Part shown: one piece after another, positions 39,101 through 45,545 of the stretch
Numbering within the stretch: the first letter of the stretch is position 1
Layout: the number at the start of each line of letters is the position of its first letter
From: a virus
IMG/VR virus record: IMGVR_UViG_3300030613_000001
Location: 1 to 63,520 of that record
Direction: 5' to 3' (one strand)
DNA length: 63,520 bases
Position numbers and translations under genes: made by a program
The notes under the pieces: generated by a model
The model's input: only the letters and a program-made list of their open reading frames with translations
Databases searched by the model: none
Told to the model about the DNA's origin: nothing

Positions 39101-39513
39101 CATGCCTTCCGCACCGGATCCGTCCGCGCCTGGCGCGACACCGGCAGCACGTCCTCGCGGAAACCGGCGATGTCCCGGGCCGCTTCGGCCATTATCGGCG
39201 CCTCTTCGCCCCCCAGGGTGTCAACCGCCGCGAGGGCCCGGGCGCCCATCTCGGCTACCCCGACCGCACCTCGCGCAACCGACGCCCCGACGTCCGCGAG
39301 CACCCCCCGATCGGGCGCAGGCGCACGGTGCGGAGCTATGTTCGCGTCGACAAACTCGGTCCTGATCGCCGCCTGCTCATTATCCGGCAACTCGCGGAAG
39401 CGCTCGTCGGCCAGGTCCTGATCGAAGTAACGGCTTATCAGCCGCTCCTTGTCGACCGTTGGAAGCTTGGCGAAATCAGGCTCGCCGAACCACTGCTGTA
39501 CGGTTCTGTTCAT
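27121..39513 (-). CDS. Giant polyvalent virion/ejection protein (4130 aa): 2H phosphoesterase + N6-adenine DNA methyltransferase + SNF2/DEAD-type helicase + HExxH metallopeptidase-like motif + large C-terminal region
   Basis: Single uninterrupted ORF; all motifs listed in the domain features were checked to lie in frame 0. Sits after three putative internal virion proteins and before the lysis genes. DarB-like methyltransferase-helicase core. Confidence 0.85.
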   Translation of the reverse strand: MNRTVQQWFGEPDFAKLPTVDKERLISRYFDQDLADERFRELPDNEQAAIRTEFVDANIAPHRAPAPDRGVLADVGASVARGAVGVAEMGARALAAVDTLGGEEAPIMAEAARDIAGFREDVLPVSRQARTDPVRKAWTGGVESAVTSLGVAAPTVALGAATGGAAGAALGYIMGAPLFGLAQYQQSYDEYVKKGVPKDEAQHAALLMGASEAGFEFFTDALELATVGMGGVLTKPAKAAAKDGIKRLISSSWSEAAKRGLAVTGTETAGELVNVGTQAEIEHTYKVGDERFWGAVKENFGQIGVASLIFGAVGGGVHKLRTGQVRDALMDPDAGAEDRFSAVGAVADELGRVDKGLAERWREGALQAVLQGRAISEDIEESRLEAAPTEEKAPPIGATGEDVTAQAKAPERKKTDIRKLLTGRSAPMRQASVVAVEEAAAAEALPQAETAQKTETLPVEAAAPWLAGATALEAQGSTISPSPMQGQAPPVSAAEVVQPQAAEAVKTDTAEKKEPWQMTPREFRKGHPDALKVPAKSILALDPQNIDYAQVKDRSNKEIEQLAIVMGIPKSGTKEERARRIARSIDIRRRISDDTIESLAEREHADSLREIARTIGENVSMPNKHAQAAVIIKWRDAARFKGQERLARANHYVRVLNALREDKPVPQEVLDEYPGITDSLQQERDQSEKPRTDAVATLTGRPRVIPESYISQDEQAFQEDARTKTGGWYIAADDKPQWVSAPITIEKVSGWRGPYSRKEIESLIGKEEVAEVAAATLPGKPIPQGDILNKDGQPYKNANAARFARRGKKLEGSHDVAAVEGGFVLRPRAGEGLEGEAARESVPAAAIPEKHKTRAVETLTGKKAVPAAEAKSEEQIPIAHDYSSTQVDMPADVADSIRDFAREIPDEDLYVDPADTDGYGREEKPHVTVRYGLATDSPENLRKAFKGFGPIKATLGDVSIFAGEKYDVVKADVTSPDLDRANRLVGETEKAPGETHKDYKPHVTIAYVMPGKGKEYAGDKRFSGQEITLDRLDLSDRNGKFHAIKLSAKPKTDATATLTGKKTLEKPPESVIIEQTSPPTKEVADESFEPEGSEPGRVLEPGDREPAKRSDVRSAADLAAGQPAAAGEEPVREIPGEAEGGAAAQPASGEPGAGAAAATGNRPHRGGRTGARPDRGAGGRTGALLESPEAAAGKRAGEDTRRPVELAPEDRNHVIAPDDELIAPGDEGKIKANIKAIELVNRLYAENRNPSPEEKKVLAQYVGWGAFAQKIFNEEYTRPLDDFAAGRRTPERTFWQTGTLDKFNTWKSKYGKKLHPALGGALTQEEWDAARASTLNAHYTDRDVITRMWAMVARLGFKGGAVLEPAAGVGHFIGMMPETLAEKSRVNAVELDAITGKILTKLYPQARVQISGFEKARGLGDNTQDLVISNFPFGKFSVFDPKRKQYEKWSIHNYFFGRSLDAVRPGGLVVAITSHFTLDAATNGEIRAELAKKADFVGGIRLPNNAFKKNAGTEVVTDILVFRKKDASSYGLAQDFRVAEEIAIGKDGKAFVNEYFVKHPEMVLGKHSTQGTMYSDNEYTVEPLGDRNDFNLQLIHAVGRFPENIMGEGQAAEAAAGPVKYAERGDPDGALIERDGEIYMVTEGKLVAPTLIDSKGKEVAALASASRKARAAQYLKIKSAHKTLIERSNTHEATDAELATLRAELNRSYDEYVRLYGYIGDTSNSFLKKIDIEFPVVDSLENEEVAIVADTVKSGKNKGQPTNRKVKTFTKSDTFTKRTIYPFVEPTTAENIEDAVSLSEVYRAGMDTGYIAQLIGRDETDVRTELVTKGLAFLNPQTGLLEAPDAYLSGNVKKKLKAAQAAAEDNPEYAGNVKALEAVQPAAVDIEFIHFKLGSPWLPAESIQDFLKETMGVDARAAFSKNNEMSRWHMEVTNGEYAALNRETWGAGGMSGSDLVADALNLKRPQVTYTEIDDGVRRTVKDVEATEAAQAKQEEIQEEFLRWARAHERWKKDLAEIYNEEKNGHVLRAQTNPRIEHFPGANPQIKLRPLQKRFVARGLRESTIFSYGVGTGKTYSFISLAMEMRRVGTAKKPLIVVQNSTIGQYRKAFNRLYPGARVLIPDEKQRAARYRQRLLSQMATGDWDAIVMPHSFFDGIADDPEREAAFIREQIDMINTALAEAEDEGADHWTVKDLEALKQRKETRLEKALDRRKDKAIPFEQMGIDALLVDEAHAYKRSEFFTKMAKVKGIDSGASQRSTSLFLKARYVQGKTGGKNVILATGTPISNTTAELWTIVRYVRPDLLEDYGIELFDDFAATFGRTQTALEETETGTYREVERFNKYVNGLELLTMWRTAADVQLTRDAGLKLPDIAGGKPEFVTVERTPQLNRFIDQIRAAREQWDHLSGKEKMKNRHVPLVLFGLAKKAAVDMRLVNARNDDHPDSKLNQVVKNVFEVWKGTAGNRSTQVVFLDSYRDSTGRFNAYEDIRAKLIEQGIPKEEVAVVTDAKGDAAREALFDRVRSGAVRVVIGSSQKLGVGVNMQDLLYAAHHVDVPPRPMDIEQRNGRIVREGNSNPKVRIYNYGVRATLDSVMYDRLTKKQRFIDQMLVGDIEGREFDDPLSEEQASLAEMMAAFSGNPLVFEKTDVDLKVKKLRRARLRWEHEVSMARRQAGELEGDRIPNWETALKEEKDQTAELERTIPGGKLAEFVVRGKPADRKALNEALVAFETTEQKKLPTTMTTAEWADYKENRPVMHFNFTAHRHNVQVGIRPVYTNKNGYSNIDQRKKELIAYDKLHEINEYKLSGFDIAVGFGRKGEDFLIKRAVNKMGGLLSSLENEIARINERPANTEKHIEQMRKDLGEFKKIATRPFGQAAELKEAEERLHAIEEELKKIPSQVSKEAGEGNALDGLLSMTKVDTEGEGPAETPEAEEAAAEIPAAGAGEEEYAIEPGKKIAGNDIPLEDVQAVFPGQKITQDDGGIWITTMAGRQLYVHSVEHVSVDQATVDAYFGTKQPAGEYKAAGAYVRRRGVVRLVRGAGTNAWVLQHEAVHWMEDAGILAKDDIVALRNKIRQEAAAGRWEPKNPKDIGGKEDRANWIRQELADRKEHRGSLKRILDTVADFLDAIVNLFKVTARGVVREIESGRVYERRGEGTLAAERAAGPGYREAGALRAREESRLEAAPTKAGEEEYDIVTDVLPAAVAERYRASKIERTKLLETIKEKTKLAVATFTPGRMFPKMPNARFGRENVLLREFMEAGDYGKARAIMELKDILEPKNMTAAEHDLFGLKLVLDDLTRDMEPGGVLESWREIVDAEGEIAFGFKSKDEVDAAIAKVDAAMVARPKVRDALNRRQAVMGKLRQALVNAQMLPESVLDDDRYFHHQVLEYANAKHAAGVEAGEVRVRKAGWQYARTGSIKDYNTKYIESEFQVLAQGYERLARKKVLDDIGRSANVISQLRNVARRQNKAAFKAMLKSDPQLKQQYEALDPTEKGAFRKQALGRRYVTWRNTMKQLAPRAGSTGWAEWVPRPGTAWYMTNSINDQILGEVLAGNRQLESGDTRPVLARGADVRWVIPAELAEVMDGADFQSKGKDNVVSGLAENTLNMWKRWILINPLRVVKYNLNNLSGDLDIALAYDPRILKHAGRAMRDLWAYHYDKSMSPELKAEFKAALQHGVIGGITAHDIPDVGKLPEFRQLERAMGARDNVAIDLIARFWHGSKNFTSWRENVLRLAAFRYFKERVAAGERVYGASLPSKVDAIANDEIDRKAGLLSRELVGDYGGLSKGGRWLRRKLIPFYSWQEINAPRYWRMMRNIAVEGEPAGRRVALMGAVAGKKAAFLGAKAFMIYGAVALWNALMFPDEEDELGEEGRRQMHLILGRRSDGSIISLRLQGALSDALSWFNLHDFPEDMKDLATGKKTVYRWLGEAAAEPANKLIQGMRPDIKGGAELISGRTVYPEFWRPRPIRDKGEYVARMLSLESFYRRVVGRPMKGGDLAGQVWDDIMRTFSYSANPGETAYYGARELVSRFLEDRNIERPFHEPTDRGNALYWYKTALKYGDAEAAARYLKKYKELGGNMKGLKMSVDRANPLAALPKKYRTKFYNSLSSEDRETVKRAGKWYKEAYKRRTP
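29963..29986 (+). repeat. REP-like element, copy 6
   Basis: Consensus sequence; in frame in the giant protein (REESRLEAAPTKAGEEEY). Confidence 0.9.
30361..30375 (-). other. HEAVH (HExxH) zincin-like motif in the giant protein
   Basis: cac gaa gcc gtg cac in frame 0, in the context WVLQHEAVHWMEDAGI. Confidence 0.5.
31750..33380 (-). other. SNF2/DEAD-like helicase domain of the giant protein
   Basis: Walker A GVGTGKT (33292..33312), VDEAH (32815..32829), LATGTPISN, motif VI QRNGRIVREGN (about 31798..31830). Confidence 0.85.
34936..35840 (-). other. N6-adenine DNA methyltransferase domain of the giant protein
   Basis: Motif I LEPAAGVGH (35401..35427) and motif IV SNFPFG (35212..35229), preceded by the LAQYVGWG helix typical of methyltransferase-helicase fusion proteins. 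Confidence 0.8.
35895..36260 (-). CDS. Nested ORF (121 aa) in the +1 frame of the giant gene
   Basis: Perfect AAGGAGGT 5 nt before ATG 36260, TAG stop at 35895. Product MKALSLKDLNQVESSSLEIENPQSDPMYEARLIWLLDNQPQRVKNLFEKSPAKLKAELLRNLQVASLEQVRLLQQG... is helical and protein-like. About 105 of 121 codons end in G/C by hand count, whereas frame 0 here is low-complexity. Confidence 0.6.
   Translation of the reverse strand: MKALSLKDLNQVESSSLEIENPQSDPMYEARLIWLLDNQPQRVKNLFEKSPAKLKAELLRNLQVASLEQVRLLQQGIDRTEADELVLARIVAPADGPALSSNPPKPLPESEREKILDALLS
36376..36880 (-). other. 2H phosphoesterase (LigT / cyclic phosphodiesterase-like) domain of the giant protein
   Basis: Two H-x-T motifs at the right spacing: PHVTVR (36724..36741) and PHVTIA (36496..36513), about 75 residues apart. 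Confidence 0.7.
38348..38371 (+). repeat. REP-like element, copy 7 (one unpaired stem change)
   Basis: GTGGGAGCGGCCTCCAGCCGCGAT; in frame in the giant protein (IEESRLEAAPTEEK). Confidence 0.9.
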
Positions 39514-39536
39514 TTATTTGCGAATTTGTTCATTTT

Positions 39537-41075
39537 TTACGGTTGCGCCGCTGCGGCCTGCCGCCTGTCGCGGCCCCACGCATTGATCTTTTCCACCGCC
39601 GCCTCGGCAAGCGACCCCGGCTGAGTCATTCTCCCGCGTCCTCCGGCCGCAGCGTCGGGGTAAAGCCCCGCCGCCGGCGCAGCCTTGCTTTCGGCAGCCT
39701 TAATTTCCTTTCCGCCCTGGGTCTCCTGCAGCGGCTTATTCTTGGCGGCCGTCTCTTCGGCCATGAGCTTGCTCAGGCGGCTTTTAGCCCCGCGCCGGTA
39801 AAACCCCCAGTCGCCCTGGTCGTCGGGGCTTTCGTTTTTCTTACCGTCTGCGTTCGCCGCCTTGCCTGCCCCCATCAGCTCGTTAAGCTTCTTCTGCATA
39901 TCCCCCACGGTCAGCTTGCGCATCTGGCCCTTGCCGTCGTCCACCTCGCCGGGATTCAGCTCGGCCCATTCGCGGAACTTCGGCAGCACCTCGGTCATGA
40001 GGCGCCGCTGCTCGGTCGGGTCCTCGGTCGCGTCAAGCATCGCCCCGAAGATCCCCTTGGCCTTCTTCTCGTGGGCCGGGTCCTCGTCGGTGTCCGGCCA
40101 ATAGAGGTTCTTCCAGTGCTCGGTCTCCTTCTTGGTGCGCGCCTTGTAACCGGTCCAGGTGGTGCCGGGCAGCGGAATGACCTTGATCTTGTCCCCGTCG
40201 TTCCTGTCCATCACCGTAACCCCCAGGCGGTCGTCCGACATGGGTACGGGCCCGGTGCCGATCGGCTTGTACCGGTCCTCGATCTTGATCCCGGAAGCCT
40301 CTTTCAACTGCCATTCATCCATGTCCGGGAATTTCTGCTTTAGGTGCAGATACTTGTCGTATTCGGTCGTGGCTATTCCGAGCGCCTTCTTGACGCCCAT
40401 TTCGGCACTCTCGTATTTGCGGGCCGTTGCGATCTTCTGCTCATCCTCGTTAATTTTTTTCGCCGTCTCGCCCATGATGGCCGCGACGACTTCCGGGTGC
40501 TGCGCACCGAAAAATCGATCCACGGCGTCCTGGGCGGTCCCCTTGAACAGCGGGGCCACCTGGCCGTCGGGGCCCTCGTTTCCTACCGTCCACTCCTCGT
40601 CGCCGGCGGCGTTTTTTTCGCCGGTCGGAGTTACGGCCAGCTTGTTCACACCTAAAAATTTCCTGGTCTTGTCGCTGCGGTTGATTACGTCGGCCAGATG
40701 CCCGAGGTCCTTGTGGTAGCGGCTGTCGGTCTTTATGACCGCTGGCAGTACTTGCGCAAACGTCTTCTTCGCCTCGTCCAGCATGTCCTTTTTCTCGGCC
40801 TGTTCCATCGCCACCCGGTGGCTCTCGGCCCCCTGCTCGGCCGCTTGCTTTTGCAGCGCAAGGGTCTGCGTCTGAAGGATCGGCTTGCCGAACCCGAGCT
40901 TATAGGACAGCATGTCCACGATGGCGTGCCCGACGCCGTAACCGTCGTCTTTAGCGGCGGGCTTTTCCGCCGCGGTCTGCCCCGCGGGCTGCGCCTGTGC
41001 GGCGGGTGCCGGCACCGGTTGGGCCTGCGGAAATTCTCCGGTTCCGCCCTCGTTTATGTCGGGATACAGTCCCAT
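39537..41075 (-). CDS. Internal virion / ejection protein candidate (512 aa)
   Basis: AAAGGGAGGGG SD; Ala/Lys/Glu-rich, no enzymatic motif; position immediately upstream of the giant gene. Confidence 0.6.
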   Translation of the reverse strand: MGLYPDINEGGTGEFPQAQPVPAPAAQAQPAGQTAAEKPAAKDDGYGVGHAIVDMLSYKLGFGKPILQTQTLALQKQAAEQGAESHRVAMEQAEKKDMLDEAKKTFAQVLPAVIKTDSRYHKDLGHLADVINRSDKTRKFLGVNKLAVTPTGEKNAAGDEEWTVGNEGPDGQVAPLFKGTAQDAVDRFFGAQHPEVVAAIMGETAKKINEDEQKIATARKYESAEMGVKKALGIATTEYDKYLHLKQKFPDMDEWQLKEASGIKIEDRYKPIGTGPVPMSDDRLGVTVMDRNDGDKIKVIPLPGTTWTGYKARTKKETEHWKNLYWPDTDEDPAHEKKAKGIFGAMLDATEDPTEQRRLMTEVLPKFREWAELNPGEVDDGKGQMRKLTVGDMQKKLNELMGAGKAANADGKKNESPDDQGDWGFYRRGAKSRLSKLMAEETAAKNKPLQETQGGKEIKAAESKAAPAAGLYPDAAAGGRGRMTQPGSLAEAAVEKINAWGRDRRQAAAAQP

Positions 41076-41090
41076 GCGTCCCCTCCCTTT

Positions 41091-41729
41091 TTACTGCTTG
41101 GTATTTCGCCCTTTGCGCCGGGCGCGTTGCTTCTCCGGCGTGTCGTTCAGCCACTCGGATAGCGCGGTAACCTTCTGCCCGAATTCGCCCTGCTCGCCCG
41201 CCCCGCCCGAATCGGCGGCGGCAGCCACGATCCCGGACGCCCCGCCGAGCTTCCTGGCCATCTTCTGCCGGGCGTATTCCTTCACGGCGTTTTTCAGGTA
41301 ATCCTGGATGGCGGGGGATGTCTTTTCCGCCGTTGCGGCGGCCTTGTCGCCATAGGTCTCTCCGCCCATGACGTCTATCGCCTGAGGGGCCGGCGCTTGA
41401 GGCAGACTACCGCCGCCATCGATGGCCCCGAGCTCGCCGGCGGACCCTGCTTTTTCCGACCCATAGGCCTCCATCCCGCCATCGAGGGCGCCTACCATCC
41501 CTTCACCGCCCCCACCGCCTTCGGCTCCGGAGGCGATGGAACCAATCACGCCTCCCAACTTCGATGATGGCGCCGCCGGCGGCGGCGCCTGAGAAACCTG
41601 GGACACATCCGTCCCTTCAGGCGACTGTGCGGGGGCTTCGATTTGCTCCTGTTGCGCCTGGAGCGTCTTTTGCTGAGACGCCTTTTGGCCCTTTACAGCG
41701 TTGACGATCGCTCCGATTATTTGCCACAT
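41091..41729 (-). CDS. Internal virion protein candidate (212 aa), Gly/Ala-rich with a hydrophobic N-terminus
   Basis: ATG-initiated track ORF; MWQIIGAIVNAV N-terminus. Confidence 0.6.
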   Translation of the reverse strand: MWQIIGAIVNAVKGQKASQQKTLQAQQEQIEAPAQSPEGTDVSQVSQAPPPAAPSSKLGGVIGSIASGAEGGGGGEGMVGALDGGMEAYGSEKAGSAGELGAIDGGGSLPQAPAPQAIDVMGGETYGDKAAATAEKTSPAIQDYLKNAVKEYARQKMARKLGGASGIVAAAADSGGAGEQGEFGQKVTALSEWLNDTPEKQRARRKGRNTKQ

Positions 41730-41744
41730 GGTTGTTATACCTCT

Positions 41745-42518
41745 CTAAGAAAACCCGAGGGCGAGGCCGCTGCTGGAGCCCGTGGACAGGCCTTTCATGC
41801 CGGCTTCGTTCGCGGCGATCGCATTGCCGTAAAGGCCGGTCGCCGTGTCGGCCGCGGATTTAAGCTGATAATTCCCGAGCTGCTCCTCGCCCTGGGCGTA
41901 GGGCGTCGTGTCGGTAGCGATATTGATCCCCGAACGCGCCGCCATGCCGGTCTTGAGCTTGTTCAATGTTTCGTCGCGGGCGCCGACGCGGGCGGTCGCG
42001 CGGCTCCCCGAAACGGCCTTGGCCCGGTCGAGCGCTATGGCTTTAAGCAGGTTCTGGTATTTTGCGCCCGTAAGCTTTACCCCGGACCGGGACACGTTCC
42101 GCCGCACCGATTCGGGCACGTTGGCGTACTCGGAAACCACACCCGCCTCGGCCTCGGATTCGCGCGCGGCGACATCGACCGGCTTCATGACCTCATCGTA
42201 GAAGGCCGCCATTACCGGCTCGGACGTTTGCAGTTCCTTCAGGGACTGCGCCCGCTGCTCGTCCTTCAGCGCCCGGCCCTCGGTGATGTCGCGCGTGCCT
42301 TCCTCCATGCGCGTGCGCATCAATTCCTCGTTGGGCTTGATCAGCGCCTGGTTGCTCTCGACCAGCGCCTGCTCGTAGGGCATGTACAATTCCTTGGCAA
42401 GCGCCCACTGCTCCTCGCCCAGCGCCTGCGAGCGCTCGGCCACCCCGGCCATGCGCCGGGCGGCCTCGGGGTCGGTCACCTCGTTTTTAGTTTCCGACTT
42501 ATTGCTGCTGAAGCTCAT
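41745..42518 (-). CDS. Virion-associated hypothetical protein (257 aa)
   Basis: GAAGGAGGCGG SD before ATG 42518. Confidence 0.6.
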   Translation of the reverse strand: MSFSSNKSETKNEVTDPEAARRMAGVAERSQALGEEQWALAKELYMPYEQALVESNQALIKPNEELMRTRMEEGTRDITEGRALKDEQRAQSLKELQTSEPVMAAFYDEVMKPVDVAARESEAEAGVVSEYANVPESVRRNVSRSGVKLTGAKYQNLLKAIALDRAKAVSGSRATARVGARDETLNKLKTGMAARSGINIATDTTPYAQGEEQLGNYQLKSAADTATGLYGNAIAANEAGMKGLSTGSSSGLALGFS

Positions 42519-43126
42519 GCCGCCTCCTTCCTTCCCGCGACCGCGCGTACGCGGCTTTCCGCCGCGATTTCCCGGGTGATGTAGCTCAGCACCGCGCCCA
42601 CGCGCCGGCCTTCATGTTCGTCCCAGAACATCTCCGGTATCGTCGCGGCGATCCGCCCTCCGAGGGCCTCGGCAAAGCGCACACCGAGCCGGTTGTTTAC
42701 GGGCGTAAGCCCCATTATCACCGGGTAGAGCGCCTGCCCGGCGCCGTCCTCCATGCCGAGCAGAAAATCGAACACGAACCGCCCGATCTCCCGCGCCTGC
42801 GCCCCCCAGTAATCCCGGAAATAGCAGTGATGCACCAGAGCGCTCCCGCCCATGTAATTGGTCAAAAAAACCAGCGCGGCGAATTGCTGCCTGTCTTTAT
42901 CGGTATCGTACACGGCGAACAGGTGCACTCCGGCGGAGGTCGCCAGCGCCACGAAATCGTCCGCCGTTCCGACACTGCCGTCATGGAAGATCCACCGGTC
43001 GAGCCGCTCCATCTTCATCTGAAAGAACAGCCCCCGCAGCAAACTCGGCCGCAAACTCGCCACCCCGTCCACCACGGCGTAGGGTATGATCCGCCAGCGC
43101 TCGCCTTCGCTCATCATATCCACCAT
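42515..43126 (-). CDS. Hypothetical protein (203 aa), possibly acetyltransferase-fold
   Basis: ATG 43126. The C-terminal half (VIMGLTPVNNRLGVRFAEALGGRIAATIP) is reminiscent of a GNAT cofactor-binding region, but this is not established. Confidence 0.5.
   Translation of the reverse strand: MVDMMSEGERWRIIPYAVVDGVASLRPSLLRGLFFQMKMERLDRWIFHDGSVGTADDFVALATSAGVHLFAVYDTDKDRQQFAALVFLTNYMGGSALVHHCYFRDYWGAQAREIGRFVFDFLLGMEDGAGQALYPVIMGLTPVNNRLGVRFAEALGGRIAATIPEMFWDEHEGRRVGAVLSYITREIAAESRVRAVAGRKEAA
42551..42569 (+). repeat. Possible degenerate REP-like remnant
   Basis: GCGGCTTTCCGCCGCGATT versus consensus GCGGCTTCCAGCCGCGATT (2 mismatches, no GTGG head); lies in the C-terminal tail of 42515..43126. 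Confidence 0.35.
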
Positions 43127-43614
43127 GCGCAAACGGTGACGGAAATGGAAACAAACGCGACATTGGAAGCCAGGTATTGAATCCTGCGGGAGGCATCCAC
43201 ACTCACGGTGCCGTATCCGTCGGTCGTGACATTGACGACCTGGCTCCGCACGACCAGCGAATTGAACTGGTTGGAATTTCCTTTCTTGAACAGAGCCAGA
43301 TAGCTCTGCACGGCATCGTCGTTTACGGTTACCCTCAGCTCTACGGCCTTGGTCCCTATCGGCACGATGCCGCTCAGATCGAGATCGTGAACGGCCCCGT
43401 CCGTTGTAAGGGAGGTGAAGTCCGCCGCCGGCGGATCTCCACGGTCGACCCGCCTTACGGCTTCCGCCAGCGTCGGCGCCCGCCGCGCTTCCGGCGCGCG
43501 GCCGTGGGTCCCCTGCAGCACTTCGACCGCCTCCTTCAGCCGCGAAAGGAACCCGTAAACCCCTTCCGTAAAACCGCCCGGAACATCCGGTATCGTGACC
43601 GCCCCGTCCCTCAC
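43114..43614 (-). CDS. Hypothetical structural protein (166 aa), GTG start
   Basis: GTG 43614 overlaps the upstream TGA (GTGA) with GGAGGA 9 nt upstream. Only this 3' part of the 811-aa track ORF 43114..45549 looks coding. Confidence 0.5.
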   Translation of the reverse strand: MRDGAVTIPDVPGGFTEGVYGFLSRLKEAVEVLQGTHGRAPEARRAPTLAEAVRRVDRGDPPAADFTSLTTDGAVHDLDLSGIVPIGTKAVELRVTVNDDAVQSYLALFKKGNSNQFNSLVVRSQVVNVTTDGYGTVSVDASRRIQYLASNVAFVSISVTVCAWWI

Positions 43615-45545
43615 CTGTAAAGCTCCTCCATCCCGCTCGCCAGCTCGATCGTCTTGGCCGGCGCATAGCCCTCCACCTGCACCTCGTGCCGGCGCGCGCG
43701 AAAACCTCCCGGCAGCTTGAAGCCCCGCGCGTTTGTAATCGTCTTGCGCTTTTTCTGCACGCCGTCCGCGAAATAGGTGAACGTCACACTCACCCCGGTG
43801 GAGATGTTCGCCGCACTCATCAGCGCGTCCCCGGCAAGCCCGCGCACGGCGAAACCGGCCGAGGCGAAACCACCGCCGACATCCCCCGTCGCAAACAGGG
43901 ACGCATTGTATGCGGCGGCCTCCTCGCTTTCCGCGATGGCAGCCGCCACCGCCAGCGTGAAATCGCCGTCGACGATCACCCGGGCGGCCCCCAGGTTCAC
44001 CTCGGCATCCGTTATGAATAGCCGGCTCTTCCACGTCCCGTACAGGTAGTTGGTCCCGTCGGGCACCCATTTTCGGACCGCGAGCGGCACCGGGTCCGGC
44101 GGGTTTTCCGGGTCGATGTCGTCGTTGGACGCGAGATACAGAATGCCGTCGTCGTCCGCCACGTGCAGGGCGAAAGCCGCGAAATCGAACTCGAAGAACC
44201 CGCGCGCGGGATCCACCATGATCCCGGCCTCCCCCCCATAGAACCCGATGTACTTGTCGTTGTGAAACCGCCCGATCAGGTTGGCCGGGGTGTAAGCCTG
44301 CCAGTCCTCCTCGCTCACCACGGCGGCAAGGACATTCGTAAGTCCGTCGGCGTTCGCCTGGATCAGTCCCGCGCGTGCCGCGTATAAAGTGCCGGTGGGG
44401 GACGCGCTGATGCTGCGCTTGGAAACGCAGGGGAAGTATCCCGCCAGATCGTGCGGGATCATCTGGTCCGGCTGGGTGCCCGACACGATGGCGGTCTTGC
44501 CGGTCGTCATCGCGGCCAGGCTCGCCCCCTGCACGTCGAGCCCCACGATGGGCGCATTCAACGTCAGCCGGAAATCGTCCGAGTAGGTGCCCTGGGGCCA
44601 GGCGTTCGCATATCCCGGCTCGCTCATGTAGATCGTGCGCCCCAGGAAGCCGGCAAGCACCCCGTTGGGCAGTGCCACTATCCCCTGCAACCCGGCCGGC
44701 GGCGGCTCCCAGTCCATGGACACCAGGACATCGGGTTGAAGATCGGCGTCGGCAATGCCGTCGTACCAGTCGTCCCATTCGGCCGCCGATCCGATCGGTG
44801 TAACCCCCGTGGTGTTGTTCTGAACGCACTTGAAAAGGCTCCCGTTGTAGACCACGAGGTCCCCGCTCATGTAGGTCGCGGTCGCCGAATAAATCTTGAT
44901 ATCGGTTGCAAAAACAAGCTGGAACTCGGAGATATCGACGGTCGCGCTGTTCGTGCGGTACAGGCGGATGAACTCGATCGCCCTTCCCGATGGCGGCGCC
45001 GAAAAACCGGTAAGCGTCACGTTGCCGGAGGCGTAGTTGGCAACCGTCTCGAGCGGAGAAGGCGGGCCTTCCTCGCCGTAGCGGTTGACAAACGTGTAGA
45101 CGTAAACCCGGTATCCGGTGCCGGGGGTGTATCCGCTGGCCGTCAATCCCGCCGCAGGGGCCGTGACCCCCAGCTTTATGAAGTCTGTCGCCGGGTCGAA
45201 GGGATCTGAAATGTTGTCGTTTGCGAAAAACCGCGGCTCGGTCAACCCCGTGAAGATCACGCGCTCGAATTCGTCGTCGGGGGCCGGGTGCCGCACGGCG
45301 TCGACGTCGGCTGTAAACGCAGCCCAGTATTCCTCGCTGTTGGCCGGCCACTTGAAGAAGCCTGCAACCGTTTCTCCGGTCAGCGGGGCCACCTTGGGCG
45401 GCTTGAACATCGGGGCGGTCGTCCCGGGATCCGGGTCGATGTTGCGCGCTATCTGCGCCTCGGTGTCCTTCAGCAGGTGAGCCGCGGCAATGGGCCGCAT
45501 GCCGCCCATGGGTGATATGGCGATCTTCACAGCACCGCCTTCCAC
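43611..45545 (-). CDS. Large tail / structural protein (about 644 aa; start uncertain)
   Basis: Track ORF with GTG 45545; alternative ATGs at 45509 and 45500; protein-like composition, unlike the overlapping 811-aa frame. Confidence 0.65.
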   Translation of the reverse strand: MEGGAVKIAISPMGGMRPIAAAHLLKDTEAQIARNIDPDPGTTAPMFKPPKVAPLTGETVAGFFKWPANSEEYWAAFTADVDAVRHPAPDDEFERVIFTGLTEPRFFANDNISDPFDPATDFIKLGVTAPAAGLTASGYTPGTGYRVYVYTFVNRYGEEGPPSPLETVANYASGNVTLTGFSAPPSGRAIEFIRLYRTNSATVDISEFQLVFATDIKIYSATATYMSGDLVVYNGSLFKCVQNNTTGVTPIGSAAEWDDWYDGIADADLQPDVLVSMDWEPPPAGLQGIVALPNGVLAGFLGRTIYMSEPGYANAWPQGTYSDDFRLTLNAPIVGLDVQGASLAAMTTGKTAIVSGTQPDQMIPHDLAGYFPCVSKRSISASPTGTLYAARAGLIQANADGLTNVLAAVVSEEDWQAYTPANLIGRFHNDKYIGFYGGEAGIMVDPARGFFEFDFAAFALHVADDDGILYLASNDDIDPENPPDPVPLAVRKWVPDGTNYLYGTWKSRLFITDAEVNLGAARVIVDGDFTLAVAAAIAESEEAAAYNASLFATGDVGGGFASAGFAVRGLAGDALMSAANISTGVSVTFTYFADGVQKKRKTITNARGFKLPGGFRARRHEVQVEGYAPAKTIELASGMEELYR

